From: an uncultured Chloroflexia bacterium
GTDB lineage: Bacteria > Chloroflexota > Limnocylindria > Limnocylindrales > CSP1-4
Length of the DNA stretch: 64,000 nucleotides
Assembly (NCBI GenBank): GCA_963800795.1
Contig: CAWDCJ010000004.1
Coordinates: 21,742 to 85,741 of the forward strand
Direction: 5' to 3'
A model generated the notes under the pieces. It made no database searches, had not been told where the DNA came from, and saw only the letters and a program-made list of their open reading frames with translations. Every line of letters starts with the position of its first letter. The first letter of the stretch is position 1. Shown in pieces: positions 61,910 through 64,000 of this stretch. Both the position numbers and the translations under genes were made by a program.

Positions 61910-62867
61910 TTATCCCACCCGCGAGCCGAGCAGCCCGGGCCGGCCTCGCACGAACGTGGCGGCGTCCATGCGACGCCCGCCGGCCGGCTGGAGCTCGAGC
62001 AGCAGGAGCCGGCCGTCGGCGGTCGCCAGCGCCAAGCCGGAGCCGCCGTGGCGGACCAGCCGCCCGGGTACGTCGCCGGGCTCGCTGGGCCCGACGCCGG
62101 CCTCGAGAACCACGACCCGCCCGGTCGACGCCTCCAGGAATGTCCCCGGCCATGGACGAAGCGCTCGGACCTGGCGCGCGAGCAGCGCGGCCGGTCGGCC
62201 TGGGTCCAGGCGCCCGTCGTCGCGCCGGAAGGGCCGGGTCATGCTCGCCCCTTCCGGCGATTGCGGCAGCGCCGGGAGCGAGCCTTCGAGCCATGGCCCC
62301 AACGCGCGCCCGAGCAGGTCCGCGGCGACCTTCGCCAGGCGTGCCTCCAGCCCCGGCGCATCCTCGTCGCCCGCCAGCCTGAGGGCCTCCACGGCCAGAA
62401 TCGGGCCCGTGTCCAGCCCCGCGTCCATCCGGAAGAGGGTCACGCCCGTCTCTGCGTCCCCGTCCAGGATGGCCGCCGGGATCGGCGTCGCCCCACGGTG
62501 GCGCGGAAGAAGGGACGGGTGCAGGTTGAGGATGCCGTGCCGGGGAATCTCCAGCATCGCCGGGGGGACCAGCTTCCCGTAGTCGGCCAGGATGCCGAGC
62601 TCAGGGCGAAGCGCGGCAACCTCCGCGACGGTCTCCGGGTCGCGCAACCGCGCGGGGGCAAGCACCGGCAGGCCAAGCATCCCCGCGCGCTCTCCCACCG
62701 GGGTCGCCAGCAGGGTCGCTCGCCGGCCGGCCGGTCGCGGCGGCGTGGTCACGACCGCGACCAGGGCAACGCGCGCCTCGCCGGCGAGCGCCTCGAGCAC
62801 CGGAACGGCGAACGCCCCGGAGCCGAAGAAGATCGCCCGGGCGGGCTCAGCCGCGGGAGGCCGCCTT
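61910..62867 (-). CDS. fmt: Methionyl-tRNA formyltransferase; start codon unclear
   Basis: RAIFFGSGAFAVPVLEAL...HGILNLHPSLLPRHRGATPI... No ATG/GTG/TTG between the def stop and the conserved N-terminus in this frame. Confidence 0.8.
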
Positions 62868-63407
62868 CGCTCTCTCCGGGTCGATGCCGCGCTGCTCCAG
62901 CGCCGCATCGGCGGCCCGGTCCTGCTCGTCGTCCATGCCACCGCGCCCGACCGGGATCAGCTCGTCCGGCGACGAGAGGTAGTCGACGTAGAGCTTCCCC
63001 TGCAGGTGGTCCAGCTCGTGCTGGAAGGCGCGGCCGAGAAAACCGGCGCCCGTGATCTTGAACTTCTTCCCGACGCGGTTCTGGGCCACGACCCAGACCT
63101 TCTCCTTTCGCGTGACGTAGGCCACGTAACCCGGGATCGACAGGCAGCCTTCCAGGTCGCGGTCCTCGCCGTCGGCGCGGACGATGCGCGGGTTCACGAG
63201 CTCGAAGAGGCGATCCTCCACCTCGACCACCGCGACGTTCAGGGCCTCGCCGATCTGCGGGGCCGCAAGGCCGACGCCCGGCGCGTGGCGCATGGTCTCC
63301 GTCAGGTCGTCGATCAACCCGTGCAGGAACTTGTTGAAGCTGTCCACGGGCTGGCCGCGCAGCCGGAGCCGCGGGTCGCCGAGCGTGAGGATCGGAAGAA
63401 CGCTCAT
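62847..63407 (-). CDS. def: Peptide deformylase
   Basis: GVGLAAPQIG...EGCLSIPG...QHELDHLQG (three Def motifs). Confidence 0.9.
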   Translation of the reverse strand: MSVLPILTLGDPRLRLRGQPVDSFNKFLHGLIDDLTETMRHAPGVGLAAPQIGEALNVAVVEVEDRLFELVNPRIVRADGEDRDLEGCLSIPGYVAYVTRKEKVWVVAQNRVGKKFKITGAGFLGRAFQHELDHLQGKLYVDYLSSPDELIPVGRGGMDDEQDRAADAALEQRGIDPERAKAASRG

Positions 63408-63482
63408 GGCCCGAGTATACGAGAGGTGTCGGTTTCGGCCAGCATCTCCGTGAGCGGCCTGCCCGGTGCCCCGGGCCGGATG

Positions 63483-63882
63483 TCAGGCCCCAGTGGCCTC
63501 GTCATCCGTCGGCGGGGTCTCCGCGGGCGGCTCCGCGCCGGGGGCCCCCGGCTCGTCCCCATCAGCCCGATGGCGGAGATCCTCGGCGAAGCGACGCGAT
63601 CGACCCGCGACGCGCGCGCCGACCTCTTCCGTCTTCAGCGCCGCGCGCTTGGCGAGGGGACCCGCCCGGTCTCCCGCGACGGCGGCCAGCTCGGCCGCCT
63701 TCGCGGCCACGTCCCGGGCAACCGGGCCGGCGTGGGCGGCCACCTGGTCGATCATCTGCTGGAGCTGGGCGAGCCACTCGCGAGCCTGCGACGCAGCGGT
63801 GTGCTCGTCAGGGGCGGCGCCTTCGTCGGGAGGGGGCTCATCGGCTGCGGGCCCCATGGGCGGGAGCTGCTCGTCGGTCATC
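63483..63882 (-). CDS. Hypothetical acidic protein
   Basis: MTDEQLPPMGPAADEPPPDE...AREWLAQLQQMIDQVAAHAG. Start chosen at the internal ATG. No family recognised. Confidence 0.35.
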
Positions 63883-64000
63883 GCATATCTCCTTACGGCT
63901 GGTCCCTGAATTCTCGTCGCGGGACCTGGTCTGGCCAAGTGCCGTCGGTACTCTCGTGTCCCGGGGCAGCGAGCGCGTCGATCAGAGGAGGCTCTCCGGG

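Overview
High-GC (roughly 70-73% by eye) bacterial chromosomal window packed with housekeeping genes. From about 5.3 kb to 64 kb nearly every gene lies on the minus strand.

Gene order (reading minus-strand transcription, high to low coordinates) is a long Terrabacteria-type core: def-fmt-rlmN-rpe-dtd | rpmB (+) | asp23-yloV(DAK2)-recG-rsmD-coaD-SepIVA-like-yceD-rpmF-plsX-asp23-nusB-acpP-rnc-smc-ftsY-ffh-DUF3352-like-rpsP-KH-rimM-trmD-rplS-rnhB-yraN-rpsB-tsf-pyrH-frr-uppS-cdsA-dxr-rseP-ispG-nusA-ylxR-infB-rbfA-nrnA-truB-ribF-rpsO-pnp-asd-udg-rnj-ftsK-rodZ-cinA(C-domain)-yajQ-ThDP enzyme-Mur ligase paralog. The first ~5.7 kb is an accessory-like stress cluster: EttA, ArsR-SRPBCC, OsmC, isochorismatase, DMT transporter, YbaK-like and hypotheticals.

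Two things stand out. (1) PNPase carries a ~160-aa DnaQ/PolC-like DEDDh 3'-5' exonuclease domain inserted into its alpha-helical linker domain, with all catalytic residues intact. I do not know this architecture from characterised PNPases. (2) The sequence is peppered with single-base indels, mostly in G/C homopolymers. They break many essential genes (rnj, ftsK, pnp, nusA, dxr, cdsA, rseP, smc, plsX, recG, ThDP enzyme and others) across 2-4 reading frames. This looks like sequencing/assembly error rather than biology, and it makes exact gene boundaries approximate.

No rRNA, tRNA, CRISPR, transposase or recognisable phage/defence genes were seen. Several proteins carry low-complexity P/A/E/G-rich C-terminal tails, some encoded by tandem DNA repeats.
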